From an uncultured Candidatus Saccharibacteria bacterium (GTDB taxonomy: Bacteria > Patescibacteriota > Saccharimonadia > CAILAD01 > JADZBC01): a stretch of 64,000 bases of DNA. Positions within the stretch are counted from its first letter, which is position 1. The number at the start of each line of letters is the position of its first letter. Below the pieces are notes generated by a model. That model was not told the DNA's origin and did no database searches. It saw nothing but the letters and a program-made list of their open reading frames with translations. The DNA lies in assembly GCA_964600985.1 (NCBI GenBank), contig CAZRJR010000001.1, positions 235,534 to 299,533 of the forward strand. Direction: 5' to 3'. The position numbers were made by a program, and so were the translations under genes. This document shows, piece after piece, positions 1 through 9,301 of the stretch.

Positions 1-488
1 CTGCCGCCATATACTAAACCAAAGAGCATGGGCCCCACAAAGTGGCAAGCCGAATTCAGGGAGTCGAGGAACGGGATCTCTTTAAACCGTAAACCTTTTA
101 TACTATAGCTTATACATAAGAACACGACGAATGCTAGAGCTATGCGGCTGGCCGTGGAACCATTAAACACAAAGTACGTGAGGAAAGGCAGGTTGAGTCC
201 GATGATCGCGTACCAGAGGGTTCTTCGCTCACTCGGTGCAACTATGCCGCCCTCGATTGAATCCTTGCGAGGATTCTTAATATCAGACTCGTAATCATAA
301 ATGTCATTAATTCCATATATAGCCAAGTTATACGGCAAGAGGAAGTAGCCAACTCCCACCCAAAAACCAATATCAAGCTTGCCGGTGGCGAGCAGATAGC
401 CAGCTACAAAGGGCGCGGTGGTATTGATCCAGCTAAATGGCCTCGATACCTTGAGAATTTGCTTGGTAGTAGTTAGGAAATTCTTCAT
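1..488 (-). CDS. UbiA-family prenyltransferase, partial (C-terminus lies beyond the window start); lycopene elongase CrtEb-like
   Basis: Minus-strand translation from ATG (RC of 486-488) gives MKNFLTTTKQ...GINDIYDYESDIKNPRK with the Asp-rich NDxxDxxxD motif and a multi-TM profile. The start overlaps the stop of the upstream cyclase subunit as ATGA. Its position after crtYe/Yf matches the Corynebacterium crtYe-crtYf-crtEb order. Confidence 0.55.
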   Translation of the reverse strand, partial: MKNFLTTTKQILKVSRPFSWINTTAPFVAGYLLATGKLDIGFWVGVGYFLLPYNLAIYGINDIYDYESDIKNPRKDSIEGGIVAPSERRTLWYAIIGLNLPFLTYFVFNGSTASRIALAFVVFLCISYSIKGLRFKEIPFLDSLNSACHFVGPMLFGLVYGG

Positions 489-787
489 GATTTTGATTGC
501 TCCTTGGTGCGGAGTCGAGCATAAAGTGATGGCGTCAAAATAGTCGCGACCACTAAATAGCAGAAGTCTTCGACCGGCATAGTGCCGATGTGAATACCAA
601 GAATACGTTCACTATTGTAGCGCACAATCGGCAGAGCTGTAAGGTAGGTATTAAAAACCAGCATGCATGCGCCCAGTATACCAAAGGTAATTATCAAGGC
701 TTTTAAGTTGAGTTTTGGTTTCAGCAAATATACTAGTACCGCACTCGTGGCCATAAATACCAGATTGATAGAAGTGTAGGTGAGCAT
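485..787 (-). CDS. lycopene cyclase domain protein, small subunit (CrtYf/CrtYd-like)
   Basis: 100-aa hydrophobic multi-TM ORF in a carotenoid cluster, translationally coupled (TAATG and ATGA overlaps) with the neighbouring 110-aa paralog and the UbiA gene. Confidence 0.5.
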   Translation of the reverse strand: MLTYTSINLVFMATSAVLVYLLKPKLNLKALIITFGILGACMLVFNTYLTALPIVRYNSERILGIHIGTMPVEDFCYLVVATILTPSLYARLRTKEQSKS

Positions 788-1119
788 TACGCTGGTTCTC
801 CGAGAAATTTCACTACCACTCTATAGCAAATGAGGGATACATAACTGAGCATGGTGAGGAACAGAAACTCTTCAATTGGCAAGTCGGGGGTGGCAATCCA
901 CCAGCCAATTACGTAGCTTTGGTTGGTAAAAAACACGCGGAATAATATGCCGGCGATATCCCAGCAAATAAACAGTCCGATAGTGGCGAGAATGGTGTAT
1001 ATTGCCGCTCGTGGCTGGTCGAAGATCACTAGCTTATAGTGATAGTCGGCTAAGCTAAGGCCAAATAGGCTTACAAGCAAGATGACCAAGTATGAGTAGT
1101 GGGTGGTGAGTAAATACAT
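787..1119 (-). CDS. lycopene cyclase domain protein, small subunit (CrtYe/CrtYc-like)
   Basis: 110-aa membrane protein divergent from crtI. The pairing with a second ~100-aa membrane ORF is typical of heterodimeric lycopene cyclases. Confidence 0.5.
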   Translation of the reverse strand: MYLLTTHYSYLVILLVSLFGLSLADYHYKLVIFDQPRAAIYTILATIGLFICWDIAGILFRVFFTNQSYVIGWWIATPDLPIEEFLFLTMLSYVSLICYRVVVKFLGEPA

Positions 1120-1173
1120 CCTGATCTCAGTATACTACCCAGCGCTCATTTTGTTGTGTTAAGATATTGCTTA

Positions 1174-2664
1174 ATGGCAAGGCAGAAAACAGCAGTAGTA
1201 ATTGGCGCGGGCATTGGTGGCTTGTGCGCCGCTGCACGCCTGCAAAAAGACGGCTACCAGGTGACTGTGGTCGAAAAGGAACCAATCATTGGTGGTCGGG
1301 CCCATGTAATTAAGCAAGACGGTTATACCTTTGATACTGGTCCAACCATCCTCATGATGACCGATGTGTTGTATGAAACTTTTCGCTATTGTGGCAAGGA
1401 TTTTGATGACTATATTTCGCTTTCACAACTCGAGCCTAATTACCAAGTGCGCTGGGCTGATGGCAGTGGCGTGGAGGTTTCGAGTAACCTGCCGCGATTT
1501 GCAGCGTCCTTGAGCCAGATAGACCCCAAGGCTCCAGAGCAGTTTTATAAGTTCTTTGCTGAAATGGCCAAGATGTATCGCGTGGGGCGCAATAAGTTTA
1601 TCGACAAGAACTTTGATAAGGTGACGGACTTTATTGATGTAAGGGCTGGGTTGGAGTTGGCTCGCAGTGGTGGTTTGCGCAAGCTCTACAGCTATGTGTC
1701 GAGCTTTTTTGACGACCCTCGCTTGCGTATGCTGTTTAGCTTCCAGGCTATGTATTTGGGCGTATCGCCCTACGAGGCTCCAGCGGTATACGGCATGGTG
1801 AGCTATATGGAGACTGGCTTAGGTATATGGTATCCGCAGGGCGGCATGCACAAACTGCCCGAAGCTTTGGGTAAGTTGGTCGAAGACTTAGGTGGCAGCA
1901 TTCGTACTTCGACGGCGGCGGCACGGGTTATGATTGAAGGCAAGACTGCCCGAGGTGTGGTATTGGAAAACGGTGAAGAATTACGCGCCGATGCGGTGGT
2001 ATGTAACGCTGACTTACCCTACGCTTACAAGCAGCTTGTGCCAGAGCAGTATCGTCCGCATAGTAACGACTCCAAGCTAACTACGCTCAAGCAAGCCAGT
2101 TCTGCGCTATTGTTTTACTGGGGTGTCGATGACGACATGGCTGGCATGTTGCACCATAATGTTTATTTCTCTAAGAACTTTAAGCAAAATCTGGACCAGA
2201 TCTTCCACGAAAACAAATTGCCGACCGACCCGGCATTCTACATATATGTTCCTACTAAGACTGATCCTGGCCTAGCTCCGAAGGGCAAGAACGTAGTTTA
2301 TATTTTGGTACCGGTCCCTAACTTAGCTGCTAAGATTGATTGGGAAAAAGCAGTGCCAAAGATTAAAACACGCATACTTGAGCGGATGAAAGCCATTTAT
2401 GGCCTCGACATAGAACGTAAGATTGAGTCAGAGGCAATATTTACACCCCAAGATTTTCAGTCCAAATTCAACCTAACTGACGGTACAGCGTTTGGCCTGA
2501 GCCACCACTTCTTTCAATCGGGCTATTTCCGACCGTCCAATAAGGCCCGTGATATTGCCCGACTATACTTCGTGGGGGCAAGTACCTACCCTGGTAGTGG
2601 CGTGCCGATGGTTACCCTAAGTGGCAAATTGGTGGCCGAGCGCATTAGCCGGGAGCTCGTATGA
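1174..2664 (+). CDS. crtI: phytoene desaturase (FAD-dependent)
   Basis: N-terminal dinucleotide-binding motif VVIGAGIGGL, ~500 aa, CrtI-like length and conserved C-terminus. An upstream in-frame GTG at 1156 is an alternative start. Confidence 0.85.
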   Translation: MARQKTAVVIGAGIGGLCAAARLQKDGYQVTVVEKEPIIGGRAHVIKQDGYTFDTGPTILMMTDVLYETFRYCGKDFDDYISLSQLEPNYQVRWADGSGVEVSSNLPRFAASLSQIDPKAPEQFYKFFAEMAKMYRVGRNKFIDKNFDKVTDFIDVRAGLELARSGGLRKLYSYVSSFFDDPRLRMLFSFQAMYLGVSPYEAPAVYGMVSYMETGLGIWYPQGGMHKLPEALGKLVEDLGGSIRTSTAAARVMIEGKTARGVVLENGEELRADAVVCNADLPYAYKQLVPEQYRPHSNDSKLTTLKQASSALLFYWGVDDDMAGMLHHNVYFSKNFKQNLDQIFHENKLPTDPAFYIYVPTKTDPGLAPKGKNVVYILVPVPNLAAKIDWEKAVPKIKTRILERMKAIYGLDIERKIESEAIFTPQDFQSKFNLTDGTAFGLSHHFFQSGYFRPSNKARDIARLYFVGASTYPGSGVPMVTLSGKLVAERISRELV

Positions 2665-3743
2665 AGGACTACGAAGACTTCTTTAGCTTAAATGAGCGTG
2701 TAGCGCGAGAAGTCGATGTGTATATGGCGGAGTACTTGGCCCATAAAACCAGTCAAGCCGCAAACATTGACCCACGATTTAGGCGCCTTCTGGCAGAAAT
2801 AGAACGAGTAGTTCGGCTTGGCGGTAAGCGTCTGCGCCCAACCCTCGCTGTCGTAGGCTACAAGGCAGTCGGGGGCCAAAACGATGAGTTGGCTTTGCGC
2901 GCTGGGGTGGCGCTGGAGCTTTTGCATATATTTATGTGTATTCACGATGATATTATGGATCACGACACTCTTCGTCATGGCGGGCTCAATATAACGGGGC
3001 GCTACAACACGATACTGGACAACCTTGAGCCCATGCTGCGTCAGCACATAGCAGAATCAATGTCACTCCTCGCCGGCGATTTACTTTTGACGTTTACGTA
3101 TGAAGTAATTAGTGCACTCGATCTGCCAGCCGATACGCGCTTTACGCTCCTCGAACAGCTTACCAAGACCACATTTACTACCGTTGGTGGGCAGCTTCTG
3201 GATGTACTCTACCCGCTTGAGGGTGAAGTTAGTGTGGGGCGTTTACTCAAAATTCCGCATTATAAAACGGGCATATATACATTTGTAAGTCCCTTACTGT
3301 TTGGGGCGACCCTGGCTGGCAGTAAGCAGGCGCAGAGTATGGAGATCATGCAGGAGTATGGCGAAAACCTTGGCATTACCTTCCAGATAGTGGATGATAT
3401 ACTCGGGGTATTCGGTACTACTGAATCTACTGGTAAACCAATCGTGTCTGATATGCGAGAGAATAAACCGACGATTTTGCGTCATTATGCTTTTGAGCTG
3501 TCGAGCCCAGAAGAGCACGCGGTGCTTGAAGCTGCATTCGGTAATCCAATTGCCGGCTCAAAAGAACTGGATGCAGTGCGAAAGATTATGGTTTCAAATG
3601 GTGCTCGAGCTAAGACGTTTGCCCAAGCCGAACAATATGCTCATCAGGCCAAACAAGCGCTCCTTCCACTCAGTGAGGCTGCACCCGAGCAATATGGCCA
3701 GCTCGTACAGCTAGCGGACTTCTGCTTAACCCGGGATCACTAA
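2661..3743 (+). CDS. polyprenyl synthetase (geranylgeranyl diphosphate synthase)
   Basis: FARM-like DDxxxxD (HDDIMDHD) and SARM-like (IVDDILG) motifs. The start overlaps the crtI stop. Confidence 0.8.
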   Translation: MKDYEDFFSLNERVAREVDVYMAEYLAHKTSQAANIDPRFRRLLAEIERVVRLGGKRLRPTLAVVGYKAVGGQNDELALRAGVALELLHIFMCIHDDIMDHDTLRHGGLNITGRYNTILDNLEPMLRQHIAESMSLLAGDLLLTFTYEVISALDLPADTRFTLLEQLTKTTFTTVGGQLLDVLYPLEGEVSVGRLLKIPHYKTGIYTFVSPLLFGATLAGSKQAQSMEIMQEYGENLGITFQIVDDILGVFGTTESTGKPIVSDMRENKPTILRHYAFELSSPEEHAVLEAAFGNPIAGSKELDAVRKIMVSNGARAKTFAQAEQYAHQAKQALLPLSEAAPEQYGQLVQLADFCLTRDH

Positions 3744-3744
3744 G

Positions 3745-4593
3745 GTGAAACCAACAGCAACGGAGCTTAAGGCAAGCTTTGCTTACTGCCGTAAGGTAAC
3801 ACGGCGTGCATCATCGACGTTTTACCTTGCTTCGCGTATGTTCGCGCCTGGGGTGCGCAATGATTTATGTGCTATCTACGCGTTTTGCCGCATTGCCGAC
3901 GATATAGCCGATGCGCCAGGGCTCAAGCAGCAAGATCGTAGGCAAGAACTTAGTTTGCTTACCCATACGCTTAAATCGGAACGCTATAGTGAGGGCGACG
4001 AACTGTGGCCGGCACTATTAGATACACTAGCGCGACATAAAGTACCCAAAACGTATTTCTATGAACTCCTGGAGGGCATGGAGCAAGACATAGCGCCTTT
4101 CGAGGTTAAGACGTATCGGGATCTGGAGAGGTACAGCTACTTAGTGGCTGGTACAGTCGGGGTTATGTGCGTGTATGTACTTGGTCAGCCGAGCCAAAAG
4201 GCACTCGCGGCCGCAAAGCAGCTTGGTATAGCTATGCAAATTACCAACATTCTGCGTGATGTCAGTGCTGATGCGGCAATAGGGCGCGTGTATTTGCCGA
4301 GTGATTTGTTAGCCCGCCACAACTTAAGTCGTAAGCAAGTATTACAAGCTCAAAACCAAGCCGCTCTCGCCCAGGTACTAAAGGAATTGGCGGCTCGAGC
4401 CGAGCAAAAGTATGACCTAGCCGCAGCTGGGCTGCCATACCTTACACCGGCTAATCGCCGACCAGTACAAATTGCCCTAAACTTATATCGGTCTATTCTT
4501 CGCCGCATAGAACAAAAGCACTATAACGTTTATAATACAAGAATACGCTTAAGCTTGGTTGCCAAGCTCATGGTAGTTGTACGAACACGCTAG
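3745..4593 (+). CDS. crtB: phytoene synthase
   Basis: Squalene/phytoene synthase signatures (YAFCRIADDIAD, ITNILRDV...D). Confidence 0.85.
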   Translation: MKPTATELKASFAYCRKVTRRASSTFYLASRMFAPGVRNDLCAIYAFCRIADDIADAPGLKQQDRRQELSLLTHTLKSERYSEGDELWPALLDTLARHKVPKTYFYELLEGMEQDIAPFEVKTYRDLERYSYLVAGTVGVMCVYVLGQPSQKALAAAKQLGIAMQITNILRDVSADAAIGRVYLPSDLLARHNLSRKQVLQAQNQAALAQVLKELAARAEQKYDLAAAGLPYLTPANRRPVQIALNLYRSILRRIEQKHYNVYNTRIRLSLVAKLMVVVRTR

Positions 4594-4607
4594 TAAGTAG
4601 GTAATAC

Positions 4608-5960
4608 ATGGAGCAATCACCACAGCGCAGACATGGCATTGATGGGCTAAGTCACCGGCCTGTTTCGCCGCGTCCACAGGCTTCACGACCACCACAGATG
4701 GCCACCGAAAAACTTGTGAGCACTTCCTCGCATCGGCCAAAAGCGGTGCCTCGCAAGTATGGCATAGCAGAGCTGCCGAGTAACTCTGGGTTTGCCTTTA
4801 ACGAAGGCGTGTCTCATCCTGGTCTGCCACAGCAGCACGCACCACTACGAACTAATCAAGCCTCGAGCTTTAAACGCTTGGTTATGTATCCATTTGCTCG
4901 ACCATTCGATAACCGTATAGCACGGTTTGGACTTATCGCCACGGTGCTTGATATACGCTTCTGGCTGGTTTTGAGCCTGCCATTACTTATTCTTCGCTTG
5001 CATGAACTCGCCAAACTTGCACCCATTCAGGTGGTGCATAAGCTCAATGCGCTCCTGGTTGCCCATAATTATGGTTGGGGGGCAGCCTTGCTTGGCGGGT
5101 TGTACTTAGCGGGAGTGCTTTCGGTGCTGATAGTCGCTGTTGCCCTGCAAGTGATCACAGCCATCAAGATCCGAGCTATTGATCACCGCGTTAGTCGCGC
5201 CCATATTCTTGTGCGTCATGCGATCTCGAATATACTCAAGACTACACTCAATTGGCTCATTGACTCTACCTTTGCTCTGAGCATGATTATCCTCGCTTGT
5301 GCGGGCATCTATGGTCTCAGTATATCAACTACTCCTTGGGTGGTTATATGGCGTGATTATTTGGTAGGACTGATTGGACTAGTAAGCTTTCTAGTGCTCG
5401 GTGTGCTCTATGTGCGTCGTAAATTACAGCGGGCTATGCTCGCTACCACCCAGCTACCAGTACGATCTATTCAGGGTCGGTCACTCATGCTTGTGGTGCG
5501 TAATCTGCCCGTAAGTGCACTAGCCCTACTGCTAGCCCTCTTGCAGTTGACGGGGGCTATGGTTATTACGGCTGGAATCGGTGGCATAATTGTACATTAC
5601 TTGCCACTTACTACTACTATCCCCGGGCGTTTATGTCTGTGGCTGCTGGCTGCTATTGGTATGGGCTTGGTATGGTTAGTTACGGTCGTGTGGCAGGCTA
5701 TGCACTGGGCTGGCTTCTACCACCTCGTAGTTTTGCGTGGTAGCAAAGACACCGTGTCGGACTACCTTGTTCCGACAATGCCTTTGAAGCTACGGGTGTG
5801 GCCGGCATTGGTCGCAGCCGGGCTCACCTTGCTGGTATTTTGTACTTACGCCGGTGCAGTAATTGGGCTTCGGCCGCAGGTACGAAGTGTGGTGCAGCGA
5901 GCGAAGCAAGTTATTCCGTCCGATGCTCGTAATATCGTGCCAGGCATTGGTCAGCATTAA
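4608..5960 (+). CDS. polytopic membrane protein, function unknown (true start may lie downstream of the Pro-rich N-terminus)
   Basis: Long ORF with more than 8 predicted TM helices directly after crtB. The N-terminal 90 aa are low-complexity and Pro-rich. Confidence 0.4.
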   Translation: MEQSPQRRHGIDGLSHRPVSPRPQASRPPQMATEKLVSTSSHRPKAVPRKYGIAELPSNSGFAFNEGVSHPGLPQQHAPLRTNQASSFKRLVMYPFARPFDNRIARFGLIATVLDIRFWLVLSLPLLILRLHELAKLAPIQVVHKLNALLVAHNYGWGAALLGGLYLAGVLSVLIVAVALQVITAIKIRAIDHRVSRAHILVRHAISNILKTTLNWLIDSTFALSMIILACAGIYGLSISTTPWVVIWRDYLVGLIGLVSFLVLGVLYVRRKLQRAMLATTQLPVRSIQGRSLMLVVRNLPVSALALLLALLQLTGAMVITAGIGGIIVHYLPLTTTIPGRLCLWLLAAIGMGLVWLVTVVWQAMHWAGFYHLVVLRGSKDTVSDYLVPTMPLKLRVWPALVAAGLTLLVFCTYAGAVIGLRPQVRSVVQRAKQVIPSDARNIVPGIGQH

Positions 5961-6041
5961 CCTTGACGGATCCCTATCTGGTAGGGTATAATGCTAGCTA
6001 AGAAAGCCCCAGAGGCTTTTTTAGATTGACGAAATAATTGG

Positions 6042-6070
6042 TCAAACACTCACAACTAGGTATAATGGAG
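6042..6070 (+). promoter_or_regulatory. sigma70-like promoter upstream of secE (TTGGTC-N17-TATAAT)
   Basis: Hexamers read directly. A second TTGACG-N18-TATAAT lies at 5963-5992 and is followed by a small hairpin plus T-tract. Confidence 0.35.
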
Positions 6071-6074
6071 GGAT

Positions 6075-6266
6075 ATGAATAAGCTTATTACTTACATTTC
6101 GCTTTCCTATGCTGAGCTTCAGAAGGTAACCTGGCCCACTCGCAAGCAGGCCATCCAGCTTACCCTGATAGTAATTGCCTTCTCGGTAGTCCTGGCTGTC
6201 ATAGTTGGCGGGTTTGATACGATTATTCGCTCATTCTTGCAGCAAGTAATCTTAAAGGTGAAATAA
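6075..6266 (+). CDS. secE: preprotein translocase subunit SecE
   Basis: 63-aa single-TM protein immediately upstream of nusG, with the conserved secE-nusG-rplK-rplA order. Confidence 0.75.
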   Translation: MNKLITYISLSYAELQKVTWPTRKQAIQLTLIVIAFSVVLAVIVGGFDTIIRSFLQQVILKVK

Positions 6267-6806
6267 ATGAGCAAAGACAGCACCCCACAGGCTTGGTATG
6301 TAATCCATACCTACTCAGGCTACGAAGACCAGGTGGCCGACAACTTGCGCCAGCGCGTTGAGTCAATGGGCATGAGCGACAAAGTATTTAGCGTAATTGT
6401 ACCTAAAGAAAACCAGATCGAAATCAAAAACGGCAAGCGTCGTGTAGTAGAGCGCAAGATATTCCCCGGCTATATTCTAGTCGAAATGATCGTAACCGAA
6501 GACTCTTGGTATGTAGTGCGTAACACACCAAATGTAACGGGATTTGTTGGTACCGGCACCACACCATCACCGATTAGTGACGATGAAGTAAAGGCAATTC
6601 AGAAGCGTATGGGCGTGGAAGAGCCAAAGTACAAGGTTGACTTCTCGATTGGTCAGTTGGTAAACATAACCGATGGTCCGTTCAAGGGCTTTGATGGCGC
6701 AGTCAGTGAAATCGATGAAAGCAAAGGTAAGCTCAAAGTATTGGTTAACATGTTTGGTCGCGAGACTCCAGTGGAACTAGATAGCTTACAGGTAAAGAAA
6801 GTATAA
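6267..6806 (+). CDS. nusG: transcription termination/antitermination factor NusG
   Basis: NGN domain (WYVIHTYSGYE) plus C-terminal KOW motif (GQLVNITDGPFKGFDG). Confidence 0.9.
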   Translation: MSKDSTPQAWYVIHTYSGYEDQVADNLRQRVESMGMSDKVFSVIVPKENQIEIKNGKRRVVERKIFPGYILVEMIVTEDSWYVVRNTPNVTGFVGTGTTPSPISDDEVKAIQKRMGVEEPKYKVDFSIGQLVNITDGPFKGFDGAVSEIDESKGKLKVLVNMFGRETPVELDSLQVKKV

Positions 6807-6818
6807 AGAGGCTACACT

Positions 6819-7250
6819 ATGGCAGAAGCAAAAAAAGTAAAAGCACGACTTAAAATGGTTATTCCTGGTGGGGGTGCTACACCGGCCCCTCCCGTAGGCT
6901 CGGCCCTCGGTCAGCATGGCGTGAATATGATGGACTTTATTAACGCATTTAATGATCAGACTAAGGATGTTAAAGGCCAGCCGGTACCAACGAAGATTAC
7001 CGTGTACGAAGACAAGAGCTTTACTTTTACTACTAAATCAACACCAGCTGCAACTCTGATTAAGCAAGCTGCTGGTTTGCAAAAAGGCTCCGGCGTACCA
7101 CACAAGGAAAAGGTAGGTACCTTGTCTCAGGCTCAGCTTGCGCAGATTGCTGAGGCTAAGCTACCTGACTTGAGCGCCAACGATATTGAGGCTGCCAAGA
7201 AGGTGATTGCTGGTACAGCCCGATCGATGGGTATTGAAGTAGAGAAGTAA
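6819..7250 (+). CDS. rplK: 50S ribosomal protein L11
   Basis: Canonical L11 sequence ([23 protein letters not shown]). Confidence 0.95.
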   Translation: MAEAKKVKARLKMVIPGGGATPAPPVGSALGQHGVNMMDFINAFNDQTKDVKGQPVPTKITVYEDKSFTFTTKSTPAATLIKQAAGLQKGSGVPHKEKVGTLSQAQLAQIAEAKLPDLSANDIEAAKKVIAGTARSMGIEVEK

Positions 7251-7315
7251 CAACATATAACTAAGTGGGAGGCGCCTGCCGAGCAGACGCCGCTACAACC
7301 ACCAAGGAGAAAACT

Positions 7316-8272
7316 ATGACAACCAAACAGAAGAACGAAGTCCCAAAAAATGAAGACACAAAAGAGAAAGTAGAACAAGAAGTAGTCGAAGCCCCAGAAG
7401 CTACTATACAAGAATCACCGGTTACCGCTAAGCCTAAGGCAACTACCAAGGCTGGCAAACAATCAGCTAAGGCACAGCGCGAAGCCGAGGAGCTTGAGCG
7501 CAAAGAAGCTCGCAAGGAAGTTGCTGCACACCAAGAACCAGCCCCAAGGCCAAAAGCTAAACCACGAGTTAAAACCTACAGCAAGAAGCAAAAGGCTGCT
7601 CGCGAGCTTGTAGACAAAGCTAGGCTCTATACACTCCAGGAAGCCGTGGAGCTGGCGCCAAAACTTTCACAAACTAAGTTTGATGCCAGCGTGGAGCTTC
7701 ACATAGCCCTCGGTATTGATCCACGCCAAGCGGATCAGCAGTTTCGTACGGGCGTAGTACTGCCTGCAGGTACTGGTAAGTCAGTTCGTGTAGCTGTACT
7801 TGCGGAGCCAAAATTAGCCGAAGCTGCCAAGCAAGCTGGCGCTGACCTAAGCGACAGCGATCAAATCCTGGCCGATATCGAAAAAGGTAAGTTTGATTTT
7901 GATATTCTGGTAGCTACACCGGCTCAAATGGCAGTACTCGGACGCCATGCCAAGGCATTGGGTCCAAAAGGCCTCATGCCATCACCTAAGAGCGGTACCG
8001 TAAGTGCTGATCCAGCCAAGGCAGTTAGTGAGATCAAAAAAGGTCGCTTGGATCTTAAAAACGATGCCAACGGCATCATTCACGTAGCCTTTGGTAAGGT
8101 TAGCTTTAAGCCAGCTGATTTACTTGCGAACGCTCAGGCGGTAGTTACTACCGTGGTGCAGAATCGTCCTACGGGCGTGAAGGGTGTATACATTAAGTCA
8201 GCCTTTGTGGCTGCAAGCATGAGCCCCTCAATTAAGCTTGATACCAATAGCTTTACTACCGACAAAAAGTAA
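7316..8272 (+). CDS. rplA: 50S ribosomal protein L1 with a ~100-aa K/E/A-rich N-terminal extension
   Basis: C-terminal 230 aa align to bacterial L1 (GTGKSVRVAV, LGPKGLMPSPK, GVYIKS). AAGGAG sits 8 nt before the ATG at 7316. Confidence 0.9.
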   Translation: MTTKQKNEVPKNEDTKEKVEQEVVEAPEATIQESPVTAKPKATTKAGKQSAKAQREAEELERKEARKEVAAHQEPAPRPKAKPRVKTYSKKQKAARELVDKARLYTLQEAVELAPKLSQTKFDASVELHIALGIDPRQADQQFRTGVVLPAGTGKSVRVAVLAEPKLAEAAKQAGADLSDSDQILADIEKGKFDFDILVATPAQMAVLGRHAKALGPKGLMPSPKSGTVSADPAKAVSEIKKGRLDLKNDANGIIHVAFGKVSFKPADLLANAQAVVTTVVQNRPTGVKGVYIKSAFVAASMSPSIKLDTNSFTTDKK

Positions 8273-8297
8273 ATTCCCAGCTAAGCCAACTTACTGC

Positions 8298-8334
8298 AAA
8301 AAGCGCCGTATACAATAATAAGCGGCGCTTTTTG
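8298..8334 (+). terminator. rho-independent terminator after rplA
   Basis: AAGCGCCG/CGGCGCTT 8-bp stem, 14-nt loop, followed by TTTTGT. Confidence 0.6.
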
Positions 8335-8352
8335 TAGGATTGTGCGTATATA

Positions 8353-9225
8353 GTGTCTTGCCAGGGTAGCCTACCGCCATATACAATGGTACAAAAGGGG
8401 GTGTGTGTGGGTGAGCAGACAAATGGTCGTGCACAAGCATGGTTTCGTGAGCAGGTAAATTCCAGTGACTTTGACCTTGCGGCAATCGAAATGTACCAAC
8501 GCAAAGTTGGCAGGCCATTTTCGGGTGTAATGGGAGATGGTGAGATCCAAGCTGCTTTGCGCTCGGGCCAGATAGTAATAGATCCGTTTGATCCGGATTT
8601 ACTCCAATCATCTAGTTATGACGTCCGTCTAGGTGGCTGGTTCTACTCGGCTGAACGACTTGGGCATAGAGTCGACTTCTCACCATATGCCGAAAGTGAA
8701 GTACGCGAATACTACTCTGGGCCGCACAAAGCCATTAGTCACAAGCAGTGGTGTAGTGACCACCAGCGCCAGCCGTTTAAAGGTATTGGTGAGGATGAGC
8801 TGGTAATTGTACTGGCGCCCGGAGAGTGTATTTTAGGCCACACGGTAGAATACATTGGTGCGGCATACGGCGCTACCACTATGATGAAAGCTCGCTCGAG
8901 CTTGGGTCGAATAAATATCTCTACCTGTGATGATGCTGGGTGGGGCGATGTTGGCTACATAAACCGTTGGACTATGGAGATCCGTAATAAGAACCAAGAT
9001 GTATGGGTGCCATTGGTGGTTGGTATGCCGATTGGGCAGCTGATATTCCTGTGGGTGGCCGGCTCAACTAAGGACTATAGCGACGGTGGTCACTACCAGT
9101 CGGGAGTAGATGTAAAATCACTCAAGCAATCGTGGAAGCCGGAATCTATGTTGCCGCGTATCTGGTCGCCCAAGAACACGGAGATTCGTTCGCGTTTGCT
9201 CAAAAACTCGAAGCAGGTTTTTTGA
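8353..9225 (+). CDS. dcd: dCTP deaminase family protein (start uncertain; core domain begins near 8527)
   Basis: Motifs GQIVIDPFDP, SYDVRLG, SSLGR and DAGW(G)D(V)GY of the dCTP deaminase/dUTPase superfamily. Confidence 0.75.
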   Translation: MSCQGSLPPYTMVQKGVCVGEQTNGRAQAWFREQVNSSDFDLAAIEMYQRKVGRPFSGVMGDGEIQAALRSGQIVIDPFDPDLLQSSSYDVRLGGWFYSAERLGHRVDFSPYAESEVREYYSGPHKAISHKQWCSDHQRQPFKGIGEDELVIVLAPGECILGHTVEYIGAAYGATTMMKARSSLGRINISTCDDAGWGDVGYINRWTMEIRNKNQDVWVPLVVGMPIGQLIFLWVAGSTKDYSDGGHYQSGVDVKSLKQSWKPESMLPRIWSPKNTEIRSRLLKNSKQVF

Positions 9226-9301
9226 ACGCTAAGTAAGCTCCCCTCTGACAAAGAAGGGGGCTTTGAGGCGAAAGTCAAAGAACCTTGAAAGGAATTTGAT
9301 C

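Noticed and set aside
2688-3714. ORFs 2688-3047(-), 3294-3518(-) and 3394-3714(+) inside the GGPP synthase gene
   Set aside because: They lie fully within a well-supported CDS with conserved polyprenyl-synthase motifs. They are shadow ORFs with no RBS or motifs.
7265-7315. Upstream start of rplA at 7265 (MGGACRADAATTT...)
   Set aside because: There is no RBS at 7265. A canonical AAGGAG precedes the ATG at 7316.
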